Assembly (NCBI GenBank): GCA_038087875.1 | Contig: CM075990.1 | Coordinates: 14,014,001-14,078,000 of the forward strand | Length of the DNA stretch: 64,000 nucleotides | Direction of reading: 5' to 3' | Source: Malacoraja senta | Lineage: Eukaryota | In this document: piece after piece, positions 38,742 through 50,392 of the stretch | Numbering within the stretch: the first letter of the stretch is position 1 | Layout: each line of letters starts with the position of its first letter | Position numbers and translations under genes: made by a program | The notes under the pieces: generated by a model | What the model was told of the DNA's origin: nothing | Databases searched by the model: none | Seen by the model: the letters and a program-made list of their open reading frames with translations, nothing else

Positions 38742-39915
38742 GTATATACATGCGTCTGAATGCACATATGCACATGTGAGGATTTGTTCAAATGTGTAAT
38801 TAAATGAAGACCAAAGACAGTCAATTCCTCGTCATGCAATCATTCACGCTGGCAGTAATGTGGGCAAGGTTGGGCCCGTGCTTTATCCAGAGATATGTAA
38901 TTGCATGGGAAGGAAGGATGGATGGCAAGGTATTGCTATCAATAGGCATGTGTCAGGAATCAAGCAGCAATTCAGTCAGCTTGCCTCAATGAACATCATC
39001 ACCATAGTGTTGGAAATACAGTTAATTTGTCAAATGGGAGGATGATTTATACCTGACGACAACAATAATGACAGAGAATGATGTTAATCCATTTCTAAAG
39101 CTTTCTAGGCAATCCTATTGATTAATATTCCCACAATCTATTTTATAGCAGTCCTGTGTATCTCCACTACCGATCTGTACATAATTGGCACAGTTAACCC
39201 CTAGAACTTTATGTGGCACCCCACATTACTCTTATTATTATAATGTAAATTAGGTGCGAGAGAGCTAACAGGAACCATATTCCACAATGACCCCCTTCAC
39301 AGTACTTCTAGACCTGTAATAATGATTCTAAAACCCTGGCCAGACAGTATGAACTGTGGTAGAAGCCTGAGCTAGTGGCACTGGGGCAGTGACTGTACAA
39401 TACCTCCGTAGTTTTAGTTGAGTTTAGCTTAGAGATACAGTGCGGAAAGAGGCCCTTCGGCCCACCGAGTCCGTACTGCCCAGCGATCGTGGCACATTAA
39501 CACTATCCTACACACGCTAGCAACAATTTACACATGAGCCAGTTGACCTATATAATTTGCTGTAAGGCAGCAAATCTACCGCTGCGCCACTGTGCTGCCC
39601 CATCCTAAAGAGGGAAAACACAAACCAGAAGCTGCTGCAAATATTCAGCCGCACAGGATCTTGATTAAGTTTTCAGTCCGATGACTTTCCATCAGAAAGA
39701 TATGTTTCAATAGCACCTTTCCTTTCAATCAATGAAGCAGTTTTGAAATGTAATCACAGCAGCAATGTAGGAAGCTCAGCGGCAGATTAACAGACAACAA
39801 ACTTTCATAGACAGCAATGGCATATTGATTTGATAAACCTGCTGTTGAATGAGAGGAAATGCTCAAAATGCTCAAACACGTCAGAATTGCTGCGCCCATC
39901 CAAGGTTCAGTATGA

Positions 39916-40095
39916 AGATGGCCACAAAAATGCTGGAGTAACTCAGCGGGACATGCAGCATCTCTGAAGAAGGGTCTCGGCCGGAAGCATCACCCATTCT
40001 TTCTCTCCAGAGATGCTGCATGTCCTGCTGAGGTACTCCAGCATTTTGTGTCCATCTTCAGTGTGAGCCAGCATCTGCAGTTCCTTCCTTCACAT
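39916..40095. mobile_element. Palindromic PLE arm pair, variant B
   Basis: 12-bp TSD GGTTCAGTATGA at 39904-39915 and 40096-40107. Confidence 0.87.
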
Positions 40096-40908
40096 GGTTC
40101 AGTATGACCTCCCTTCCAGAAATAGCACTTGTGACCACACAGCGCTCCCTCCATACTGAAATTAATGCCTGGTTAGATAATGGTGCTCAACTTTCTTGAA
40201 TGGGACTTGAACTTCCCACTTGAACGCGTGCAACTTATCAAGATGCAGCATACTACGGCACGCCAAGCCAATGACACTCAAATACTTGCCAATATAACAC
40301 AGAGCTCTCTTCTTGCCACTGGGGGTGAGGGGGCTTATTATTCCTTAACCTGGCAGGGTTACATAGAAACATAGAAACAATGAAAATAGGTGCAGGAGTA
40401 GGCCATTCAGCCCTTTGAGCCGATTCACTGCCATTCAATATGATCATCCAGAATCAATACCCTGTTCCTGCTTTCTCCCCATATCCCTTGATTCCGTTAG
40501 CCTTAGGAGGTATATCTAACTCTCTCTTGAATACATCCGGTGAATTGGCCTCCACTGCCTTCTCCAAGCCCACACTCTTGTCCCTGCTGACTAGACAGGC
40601 ATAGATAGGGTAAACATTCACAACCTTTAACCCAAGGTGGAAATGACAAACACTGGAACGCATAGCTTACAAAGTCAGAGGGGGAAAGTTTAAAGGAGAT
40701 GTACAGAGAGAATGGTGGGTGGCTGGAACTCACTGCCAGAGGTGGTGGTGGAAGAAGATATGACAGTGGTGTTTTAGAGACTTTTAGATAGGCACATGGA
40801 TATGCAAAGAATGGAGGGATTTGGATCGCGTGCAGAAAGATGAGATAAGTTTAACTTGGCATCAACACTGCGCACCAAGGGGCCTGTTCCTGCGCTGTAA
40901 TATTCTAG

Positions 40909-41132
40909 GTGTAGGAAGGAACTGCAGATGCTGGTTCATACCAAAGATAGACACAAAATGCTGGAGTATCTCAGCAGGACAGGCAGCATCTCTGGAGAGA
41001 AGGAATGGGTGATGTTTGGGGTTGACACCCTTCTTCAGACAGTCTGAAGAAGGGTCTCGACCCGAAACATCACCGATTCCTTCTATCCAGAGATGCTGCG
41101 TGTCCCGCTGTTTCTCCAGCATTTTGTGTCTA
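40909..41132. mobile_element. Palindromic PLE arm pair, variant B, with both hammerhead-like cores largely intact
   Basis: cccttcttcagac-a-gtctgaagaagggtctcgacccgaaac centred at 41041. Confidence 0.87.
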
Positions 41133-41729
41133 ACTCTCGACTATTCTATGCTCCATGTTCTGTGTTCTATGAATGTCAGCAAGTGATTTTGCAATGACTG
41201 CACATACAACTGAATTCCATCACACAACTTGTGTCCCACTGTGATAAACGGCCAGCAATCCGCAAGTGTCTAACTCCCATGGAATGTAACATTTCAGTTC
41301 AGACCTACATTTCGAATACGAGCAATGTGTTGGCTGAGATTCTTAAATTAAACAAGAATCTATTTTTTGTGTCAAGCTTAATTAAGCTTCTTCCGTTGGA
41401 ACTACACCTCTCCAAGAATAATGTCAAAGTAAGATTTAAAGAACAGTAAGTAATCAAAAAATAAGTATTTTTGAATGGGTGTAAAAACTCAGAGAAGAAA
41501 GAGGCTTTGGGTTTGAGGTTCCCTGGCAATATTAGCTTCTTGGGGATAGATACAAAATACTGGAGTAACTCAGCGGGACAGGCAGCATCCCTGGATTCGG
41601 CTCGACTCAAAATATCCCATTCCTTCCATCCAGAGATGCTGCCTGTCCCGCTGAGTTTTACTCCAACATTTCGTGTCTATCTTCAGGGTAAACCAGCATC
41701 TGAAGTTTCTTCCCCCACATTTCGCTAGC

Positions 41730-42020
41730 TTATGGGATGTCCGTTCAAGAGACTAATAACATCGGGAAAGAAGCTGTTCCCGAATCTGCTGTTTCGTACT
41801 TTCAGGCATTTGTACTGTATCTTCTGCCTGACGGGAGAGGGGAGAAGAGGGAATGGTTCTGGATTATGTCGGCTGCTTTCCTGAGCCAGTACGAAGGGTA
41901 GATGGAGTTGATGGAGGTACAGTGTAGAGGACTGTGTTATATCCACAACTCCCTGACCCTTGTGGTCGTGGGCAAAGCAGCTGGCAAACAAGCTGTGATG
42001 CATCCCGACAGGATACATTC
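41730..42020 (-). mobile_element. Degraded Rex1/Babar LINE 3' fragment
   Basis: YKCLKVRNSRFGNSFFPDVISLLN in ORF 41725-42018. Confidence 0.7.
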
Positions 42021-42504
42021 ATTGCTGTTACTGTTATTTACTGCTGTTATTACCTCTCTATGATTGATCCAAGATCAATGTGAGGCATGTGCATCACGTC
42101 AAAATTAAAATAAAACCCAAGCATGCAATATTTCAGGTCTCTGTGTGGTCCTGATGTAGCGGAGGATCCAGGGTTCTGGATTCTATGAAATAAATGAGGC
42201 ATTATATCTACGAATAATAATCTAGCCAGACAAATTCATAGCTTCCATTAGCAATTGGGCTGGCAACTATCACATTATGCATTTTGGACCTTTTTTGAAT
42301 TTACATCATAATGACTCTCGGGGATTTCTTGAATGAATATGACAATCCCAAGTAATTACCGTCGTACACCGAGGAGTTGGAAGATATCAACATTTTGATT
42401 GGTGCAGAAAAGTTATCACTGGCAAAGGAAAAGGCTTCCTTCCACAGCTCTTGCAGTGTTCCTATTTGATTCTTTGCAAGGTGCATGGAGCGGGAACTCT
42501 ATGA

Positions 42505-43430
42505 GGGAGGGAATGGGATTAACATACATGGGATTAACAGTGACTTGGTCGTATGGATTCTGAATGCGCTTACTGATAGAAGACAGAGGGTTGTGGTGGA
42601 AGGGCAATATTCAGGCTGTAGGTCTGGGACTAGTGGATCTCCACAGGGATCTGTGCTGGGACCGCTGAGTTTTGTTTTATATACATATATAAAAATGACT
42701 TGGATGTAAATGTGGATGGGTTGGTTCATAAATTTGTGGATGACCCCAAGATTGCCTGGGTCGCGGACTGTGAGGAAGTAAACAGCTGGGTACAGATCAG
42801 CTACAGAAATGCACGGAGAAATGGCTGAAGGAGTTTAATCAAAGCCACTGTGAGTTTTGCACTTTGGGAGGTCAAATGTAAGGAGAAAACATGACCTTTA
42901 ACAGCATTGATGTACGGAGGGATCTTGGGGTCCACGTCCATAACTCCTGGGAAGTGGCGACACAAGTAGATAGAGTGGCAAAGAAGACACATGGTATATT
43001 TGGTTTCATAGACCAGGGCATTGAGTGTAAGAGTCAAGAGATCATGATGAAGCTTTGTAGGATTTTGATCAGGCCGCATTTGGAGGGTTGCGCGCAGTTC
43101 TGGTCACCCCATTACAGGAAGAATGTGGAGGATTTGGAAAGGGTGCGAGGATGTTTACGAGAATGAAGCATTGATTACAGGGTGTTAGCTACAGGGAGAG
43201 GTTGGACAGACTTGGATTGTTTTCCATGGAATGCCAGGGTTGCAGGGAGACCTGATAGAAATATATAAGATTCTGAGAGACGTAGATAGGGTGGGCAATC
43301 AGAACCTTTATCCCAGGATGGAAAACTCAAATACTAGAGGGCATAGTTTTAAGGTGAGAAGGATTTAATTTAGAGGAGATGTGCAGGGCAAGATTTTTAC
43401 AGAGAGGGTAGTGAGTACTTGGAATGTACT
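42505..43430 (+). mobile_element. Degraded CR1 ORF2 (RT and C-terminus)
   Basis: LTDRRQRVVVEG...PQGSVLGP and IRPHLEGCAQFWSPHYRKNVEDLERV, with several frameshifts. Confidence 0.9.
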
Positions 43431-43476
43431 TGACTGTTTCCCTCCGCAGTTCCAACAACAGTTTGTTTCTTATTTA

Positions 43477-43792
43477 AGGGCCTGTCCCACTGTACGAGGT
43501 AATTCAAGAGCTCTCCCGAGTTTAAAAAAAATCTAACTCGCGGTAAGCACGTAGAATGTACGTAGCGGGTACGTCGGAGCTCGGGGACGTCTCTTAGCGG
43601 CTCGTAACGCTAACGGCAAGGTTCTCGGGAAACGCGGTATGCTCGTGAAGACTCGTGAAGATTTTTCAACATGTTGAAAACTGTCCATGAGAGCCCCGAG
43701 TACCTACGAGCGGCTATTACCGTAATTCTCCGAGTTCGAATCAGGGGAAACTCGGGAGAACTTGAATTAGCTCATACGGTGGGACAGGCCCT
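43477..43792. mobile_element. Harbinger-type MITE (316 bp)
   Basis: TTA TSD at 43474-43476 and 43793-43795; AGGGCCTGTCCCAC / GTGGGACAGGCCCT. Confidence 0.92.
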
Positions 43793-43800
43793 TTAGTTTA

Positions 43801-43925
43801 TAGAGTGGCAAAGAAGACACATGGTATATTTGGTCTGAAGAAGGGTTTCGGCCCGAAACGTTGCCTATTTCCTTCGCTCCATAGATGCTGCTGCACCCGC
43901 TGAGTTTCTCCAGCATTTTTGTGTA
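43801..43925 (+). mobile_element. PLE arm variant A with locally templated 5' extra DNA
   Basis: TSD CCCTTTAGTTTA at 43789-43800 and 43926-43937; 43800-43834 is identical to 42970-43004. Confidence 0.88.
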
Positions 43926-43928
43926 CCC

Positions 43929-44248
43929 TTTAGTTTAGTTTAGTTAAGTTTAGAGATACAGTGCAGAAACAGCCCCTTATGCTCACTGAGACTATACCGA
44001 CCGTTGATCCCTGTACACTAGCACTATCCTACACACTAGGGGAAATTAAATTTTTATTACCAAAGACAATTAACCTACAAACCTGTCTGCGTTTGGAGTG
44101 TGGGTGGAAATCAGAGCACCCAGGGGAAACTCACGTGGTCACAGGGAGAACGTACAAACGCTGTACAGACAGCATCTGGAGTCAGGATCGAGCCTAGGTC
44201 TCTGGCGCTGTAAGGCAGCAACTTTACCGCTGAGCCAACGTACCACCC
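43929..44248 (-). mobile_element. HE1/V-SINE-like SINE
   Basis: (tttag)n tail, V-domain, B-box. Further copies or fragments at about 7316-7628, 16393-16580, 22745-23130, 39411-39600, 46905-47180, 48350-48626, 50468-50745, 62202-62346 and 63383-63690. Confidence 0.87.
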
Positions 44249-45559
44249 TCAGCAGCTCAACGTTTCTCAGCATCTCGAACCTAAACGGCTGACCCCAGAT
44301 CTTACAGCGATGACACTAGTTCCACACACTCTGACAAGGATACCAAGCACCTTCAGTGTTTTAAAGCCAGGACATTTGATGTATGGTGTTGCTCTGGCTG
44401 TTCAGCACCTTGCTGTGTTTTATTGTTATACACAGTGTACTATTTTGCTGCCATTTGCGGTAGCCAGAGAACAGATTGAGCATTGCAGGTGATCTCCAAG
44501 AAGCAATTTTACACATTTTGGGGTTAATTGTCAGACCAGATCGTGTTAACCCAGTGGGGAATGTAAATACTGGCCTCCGTTTGTTTGGGGACTCGAGCTA
44601 CTTATACAATCGGCAGTCACACCACATGCTGCAGGAGAGAAGCCAGAACAGCCTGGCGGTTCATCAGAAGTAACATCAAGAATCAAGTCAAGAATCAAGT
44701 TTCCTTTATTGTCATTCAGACCTTTCGGTCTGAACGAAATTGTGATGCCTGCAGTCATACACAGAACCAATAATAACAAAACATACAATAAACACAAATC
44801 ACAGCCTGGATTACACCAGAATGTAAGGGTTTGGAATTTATCTCACTGTAATAAAAGCCACTCAGTGACTGGAAACTTTATCATCTTTAATCAATGTTGG
44901 GTCAACATCTGGAATCAATTATCTAGGACCTGGTGTAAGGTGGAGCAGCTTTAAACTATGGTAAACTCTGATAATCTGATATTAAATATTTTGGAAATCC
45001 TGATGGTTTGGTATCATTTATCATTTCCCACGCTCCTGTTATATTCACAGGATTCTGTCACCCTACCTCCCTTTACACAAACATTGTTCACTGGAATGTT
45101 TATTTAACTGCCGCGTGACATCTAAAACAAACGGAGAAGTAGAATGCCTTGGTGTATTAATGGGAGTAACATCCAATACTCCAGAAACATCCTTCAATCC
45201 GGCAGCACCAACTTCAGGAAGAAGCCGGATTATCGGAGTTTTACAATTGAATTAACAGATGGCAAAGATGGCAGGACAATGTAATCCATTATTATGTAGT
45301 GCAGTGCCAACCATGCAGTAAAGAGTTGTATGCAGTGCACTTGGAAGTTAAACAAGATTTATGATGTTGCCTCTTTGAAAACCATGGAATCAGCTGGTAT
45401 TGTGGTTGTATTGGGGTGGAGAAGGTGACACTATTTTTGTCAACCAGCCTAATTGGGTGGATGTTGCCCACTGAATCAGAGGGTTGTGAATTTAATTTTG
45501 TTCCAGCTTCAAGCAGAGAAACCTAGGATTGGTGCTGCCATAGTGATACAATTTTGTAA

Positions 45560-46103
45560 AGGGGCTGTCCCACTTGGGCGACCTAATTGGCGAGTTTAGA
45601 AGAGTTTAGAAGAGTTTGAAAAAATGACATGTTGAAGACCTCCTTCGACTATGTAGAAGACCTCCTTCGACCTCCTTCGACTATGTTGAAGACCAGCTTC
45701 GACTAGCTATGACTAGCTATGACTAACTTCGGGAAAATTGGACATCGAATAGTGGAGAGTGAAGACGACCTCCTTCGATCACCTTCGACCTCTCTTCGAC
45801 TATGATGAAGACTATCTGCGACTACCCTCGATTACCTATGACTAACTTGCCGACCTACTACAACCTACTACGACTAAACCTGATTTTTTCCTTGACGACC
45901 TTATTTTACTTGCGGGTATTTTTTAACATATAGAAAAAACCGCCGCGACCTATCTGAGGCCTCGAGTACGCGGAGACCACTCTCGAGCATGAAGGAGAGT
46001 TACGAAGACCTCCTACGACCTCGTGGTGACCATGCTGTGAGTATGAGTCGAGGGCAAACTCGCCAGAACTCGCGGATTAGGTCGCCCAAGTGGGACAGCC
46101 CCT
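45560..46103. mobile_element. Harbinger-type MITE (544 bp) rich in CGACC/CGACT repeats
   Basis: TAA TSD at 45557-45559 and 46104-46106; AGGGGCTGTCCCACTTGGGCGACCTAAT / ATTAGGTCGCCCAAGTGGGACAGCCCCT. Confidence 0.93.
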
Positions 46104-46226
46104 TAAGTCCCTTCGTTTGGAGCACACTGTATTAAATATTAAGTTAAACAAAGTTAGCAATGGGCCCTAACCAAAGGAAGGAGTCCTCCAATTACACAGC
46201 ACTATAGTCCGATTCCACCTCGAATA

Positions 46227-46445
46227 TATAGGAAGTAACTGCAGATGCTGGTTTAAACCGAAGATAGACACAAAATGCTGGAGTAACTCAGCGGGACAGG
46301 CAGCATCTCTGGAGAGAAGGAATGGGTGACGTTTCATGTCGAGAACCTTCTTCAGACGAAGGGTCTCGACTGGAAACGTCACCCATTCCTGCTCTCCAGA
46401 GATGCTGCCTGTCCCGCTGAGTTACTCCAGCATGTTGTGTCTATC
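46227..46445. mobile_element. Palindromic PLE arm pair, variant B
   Basis: TSD TCCACCT(C/G)GAATA at 46214-46226 and 46446-46458. Confidence 0.87.
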
Positions 46446-47482
46446 TCCACCTGGAATAATGCAGCAGGGGGTCGATGCCCATGAAGAGACATGCACTCCA
46501 AACAGTGACAGGTCATGACTGGGGAACGCAGGGGATTTAGGAGGTCTTAACGTACTGACACGTTAATTAATAGATAAATGAAAACTGAAGGGAGAATATG
46601 AGTGAGGTTTTAAATTAATAAGCACTGGGGATATATAATGTCATTTCATGTTACATGCCTTGGCAGGAGTTAGTAAAATGAAAGCCTAAGAGTTTAAAGT
46701 GAAAGAGGTAATCATTTGGCAGAATATATTATTTGACAGTGATGGTTGCTGTTAGGGCTCGTTGTCATTGTGAGGCTGCAGGGAACTGCTACTTCACTCT
46801 CATCACATTCTGGTTGGATTGGACCCTCAGGCTGGAGTTACTCTTCACTCTGATGACCCTGGAGGATCACATTGGTTGGCACCACATCTAGATGCTCCAC
46901 TTAAGCAGCTGCCTCACAGCGTCAGAGACCCAGGTTCGACCCTGACCTCAGGTACTGTCTGTGTGGAGTTTGCACGTTCTCCCTGTTTCCTCTGGGTTCT
47001 CCAGTTTCCTCCCACACCCCAAAGACATGCGGGTTTGTAAATCAATTGGCCCACTGTAAACTCCCCTAGTGTGCCGGGAGTGGATGCAAAAGTGGGATAA
47101 TGCAGAACTAGTGCGAATGGGAGATTGCTGGTCGGCATGGACTCGGTGGGCCGAAAGGGCCTGTTACCATGTAATATCTCCAACCATCACACGGCACCTT
47201 CCAAAGGTGGAAAGGTGTTTCAAAATAATTATCCCTTATACCTATGAATTCTTTTAACCATTCACTGTTTGGCAACCCTCTCATTCCCCACAATCAGCTC
47301 ACTAAATCGTTTCTGGACTCCTGTGCCATTATATAATTTCCTAAATAAGAAGACCAAAAATACTTTACACATTGCAATGTAACCTGCCTCATCTTCCAAG
47401 CCACAGCTAATACAGGCAAGTGTATATTCTTAAACACCTTCCCTATCCTATACTATCAGCTGTCCTGTGTAAAGAAGCCTTA

Positions 47483-47980
47483 AGGGCCTGTCCCACTTGG
47501 CCGTCATTTGCGCCTCATTTACGCGTCATATGTAAAATAGGTCGACGCGTCGTGATGCGCGACATCGCGTGCAAATCACACATCAGCACAGCTGTCTGGT
47601 GCGCGTGACGTCATTAGAATACCCTGCGGCGCGCGGCGACACATGGTTATGGACATCAACGCACGTGACGTAACCATGCGCCACCCCGCGATACACGTGA
47701 GACATCGGGATGTCAGCGTGCGACGCCATTGCGTCAGCGAGCCTAGCCAATTCGTCAGCGTGCGTACGCCATACGCAGGTGGCGCGCGGGGATTTCGTTA
47801 CACTACGAAATCTTGGAGCGTCGCGCAATACCGCGCGCCACCGCAAATGTGTGATTCCACGCCTCACCATGCGTAATGCGTGCGTCACAAACGCTCACCC
47901 CCACGCGTCATGACGCGTCGACCTATTTTACATACGACGCGTAAATGAGGCGCAAATGACGGCCAAGTGGGACAGGCCCT
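47483..47980. mobile_element. Harbinger-type MITE (498 bp), ~75-bp TIRs, very CpG-rich interior
   Basis: TTA TSD at 47480-47482 and 47981-47983; AGGGCCTGTCCCACTTGGCCGTCATTTGCGCCTCATTTACGCGTC at both ends. Confidence 0.94.
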
Positions 47981-48857
47981 TTAGAAAACGATAAAAGATG
48001 CCGTTTAATGTTAACCTTACTAGTGACGACCTCCTAATGTTGAAACAACAAATATCCGCCTTTCTACCACTTACATGAATTCACGATTAAAGCAATGTTG
48101 TGAGATTAGTTACGACATGTAGACTTGCAGTGATTATCACACTGATGATGCCCGTAAATAGAGCAGATTTAGCTTTACTGATAGTGATGGTTCGATACAC
48201 CATTTTATGTGCGGTTGTCAGTGGTGATTAGTATTAATTAGGCGGAAAGCCTTGATCAGGCTATTATGATACTACTGAGAGAAGATTATTACTGTACAAT
48301 GGCATTGTCATGTTTTAACCATACATTTGCCTGGGCAGACAGTATTAATTTAGTGTGGTTTAGAGATACAGGCCCTTCTGCCCACTGAGTTCACACGGAC
48401 CAGCGATCCCCGTACACTAGCACTATTCTACACACAAGCAACAATTTATAATTTTAGCAAAGCCAAGTAACTGACAAATCCGTATGCCTTTGGAGCGTGG
48501 GAGGAAACCAGAGCATCTGGAGAAAACCCACGTGGTCACATGGAGAACATACAAACACCATACAGATAGCACCCACAGTCAAGATTGAACCCGGTCTCGG
48601 GCACAGTAAGGCAGCAACTCTACCGCTGGGAGGATGGGAATGGGATGGGGCAAGAGTCACACAAATCTTTGAAAACAAGGAGGAAAATGCCAGACCAGTG
48701 TAAGTGAACGGGATTTGGTACATTCGGACCATGATGGGCCGAAGTGCCTGTTCCTGTGCTGTACTGACAGGCAGCACATTTCTTACTTTGCAGATTGTTT
48801 AAGGTCAGAGTTCGCTCAACAGAGAGTTGAAAGAATCAATTGCCTGGCATCAGCAGA

Positions 48858-49153
48858 GGGCGGCATGGTGGCCCAGCGGTAGAGTTGCTACCTCACAGCG
48901 CCAGAGACCCGGGTTCGATCCTGACTACGGGTGCTGTCTGTACGGAGTTTGTTTTCTGTGTGGGTTTTCTCAGGGTGCTCTGGTTTCCTCCCACACGTTA
49001 AAGTACTACAGGTTTGCAGGCTAATTGACTTGGTATCATTGTAAATTGTCCCCAGTGTGTGAAGGATAGTGCAAGTGTGTGGCAATGGCTGGTCCACATG
49101 GACTCGATGGGCCGAAGGGCCTGTTTCCGGCTGTATCTCTAAACTAAACTAAA
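48858..49153 (+). mobile_element. HE1/V-SINE-like SINE, near full length
   Basis: tRNA-like head with GGTTCGATCC, V-domain, (ctaaa)n tail. Confidence 0.9.
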
Positions 49154-50077
49154 CAAAGGCGGGAAGCGTTCTGGAGGCAATTATTAAGTCCCTCCTCAAC
49201 AAAAGTCTATTTAACAATTTAATGTTGAGACTGCTGGCTGTAATACTTATTCCCCGAATGTGCAGGAACTACAATTCACACACACATTCCTCACAATGCT
49301 CCAATGAAACGTGAATTGTCTGTTCAATAGCTTGGCCTCGAGCATCATGTTTGCACCACAGGTATTGGTATAAATTAGAATAATACAAGAAATGTAATTA
49401 ATTTTTTGCTATGTGACAGATATATTATTAACATGAAAGGTTGAGCCATATCAGTGGTGCTGTTTGCGAAGGTCCTTTTACAGCTGAAGTGGAATCCTGC
49501 ATGAAATCTTGAAAATCATGTTAGCCATGGTTAAAGGACCAAATGATAGGCAGTTGCAGCTCCAGTAACAGTATTGTAATATCCCGTGACACTTGTGGCT
49601 TGAATTTCAGCCCTCTAATTTGTATACTTTCTAAAGACAAAGCAGGAATGCTGGTAAATGATATCAGTGCTATTTCAGTGTCCGGGTGTTAGTTACAGAG
49701 TCATTCTGCCCCCCCCCCCCCGCCCCCGCCACTCCTGCCACTTCCAATTCCTTCCTTTCCCCCACCACCATCGTTAATTCCCTGGGTGACAGCAGCAGCT
49801 TTGTCAGGTCCTGTGACCTTAATATACTGTGCAAAGCGCATCCCAGCTCTTAATGTTCTTTTCCGGTAGCCACTGCGGCTGTAAGCGCAAGGTTGATTTC
49901 CATACACAGTAGGCAAATTATCAGGATGATGCCTTTAGTTGACGAGGAAGTAAGAAATGTACATTCACAGAGCGATACAGCATGGAAACAGGCCCTTTTG
50001 CCCACTCAGTTCTCACCAACTAATAGGTATCCATTTATCAACAACTATCAGGTATCCATTTATCTGTCAGAGTCCAT

Positions 50078-50392
50078 GTCCAGAACCAGGGGCCACAGTT
50101 TAAGAATAAGGGGTCGGCCATTGAGAATGGAGATGAGGAAAAACTTTTTCACCCGGAGAGTTGTGAATCTGTGGAATTCTCTGCCTCAGAAGGCAGTGGA
50201 GGCCAATTCACTGGATGCTTTCAAGAGAGAGTTAGATAGAGCTCTTAAAGATAGCAGAGTCAGGGGATATGGGGAGTAGGCAGAAACGGGGTACTGATTG
50301 TTAATAATCAGTCATGATCACATTGAATGGCGGTGCTGGCTCGAAGGGCCGAATGGCCTGCTCCTGCACCTATTGTCTATTGTCTATTGTCT
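50078..50392 (+). mobile_element. CR1 LINE 3' end
   Basis: SRTRGHSLRIRGRP...FFTRRVVNLWNSLPQKAVEA; (ctattgt)n tail. Confidence 0.9.

Noticed and set aside
38030..38839. His/Thr-rich 269-aa and 214-aa ORFs
   Set aside because: Artefacts of the TG-rich minisatellite; the same applies to 54277-54726.
45640..45880. Short repeats as a CRISPR-like array (also 12557-12672 and 57053-57215)
   Set aside because: No unique spacers, irregular period, eukaryotic context; they are internal repeats of DNA transposons.
48858..48930. tRNA genes at A/B-box sites
   Set aside because: They are SINE heads continuing into V or CORE domains and LINE-derived tails; no complete cloverleaf is evident.
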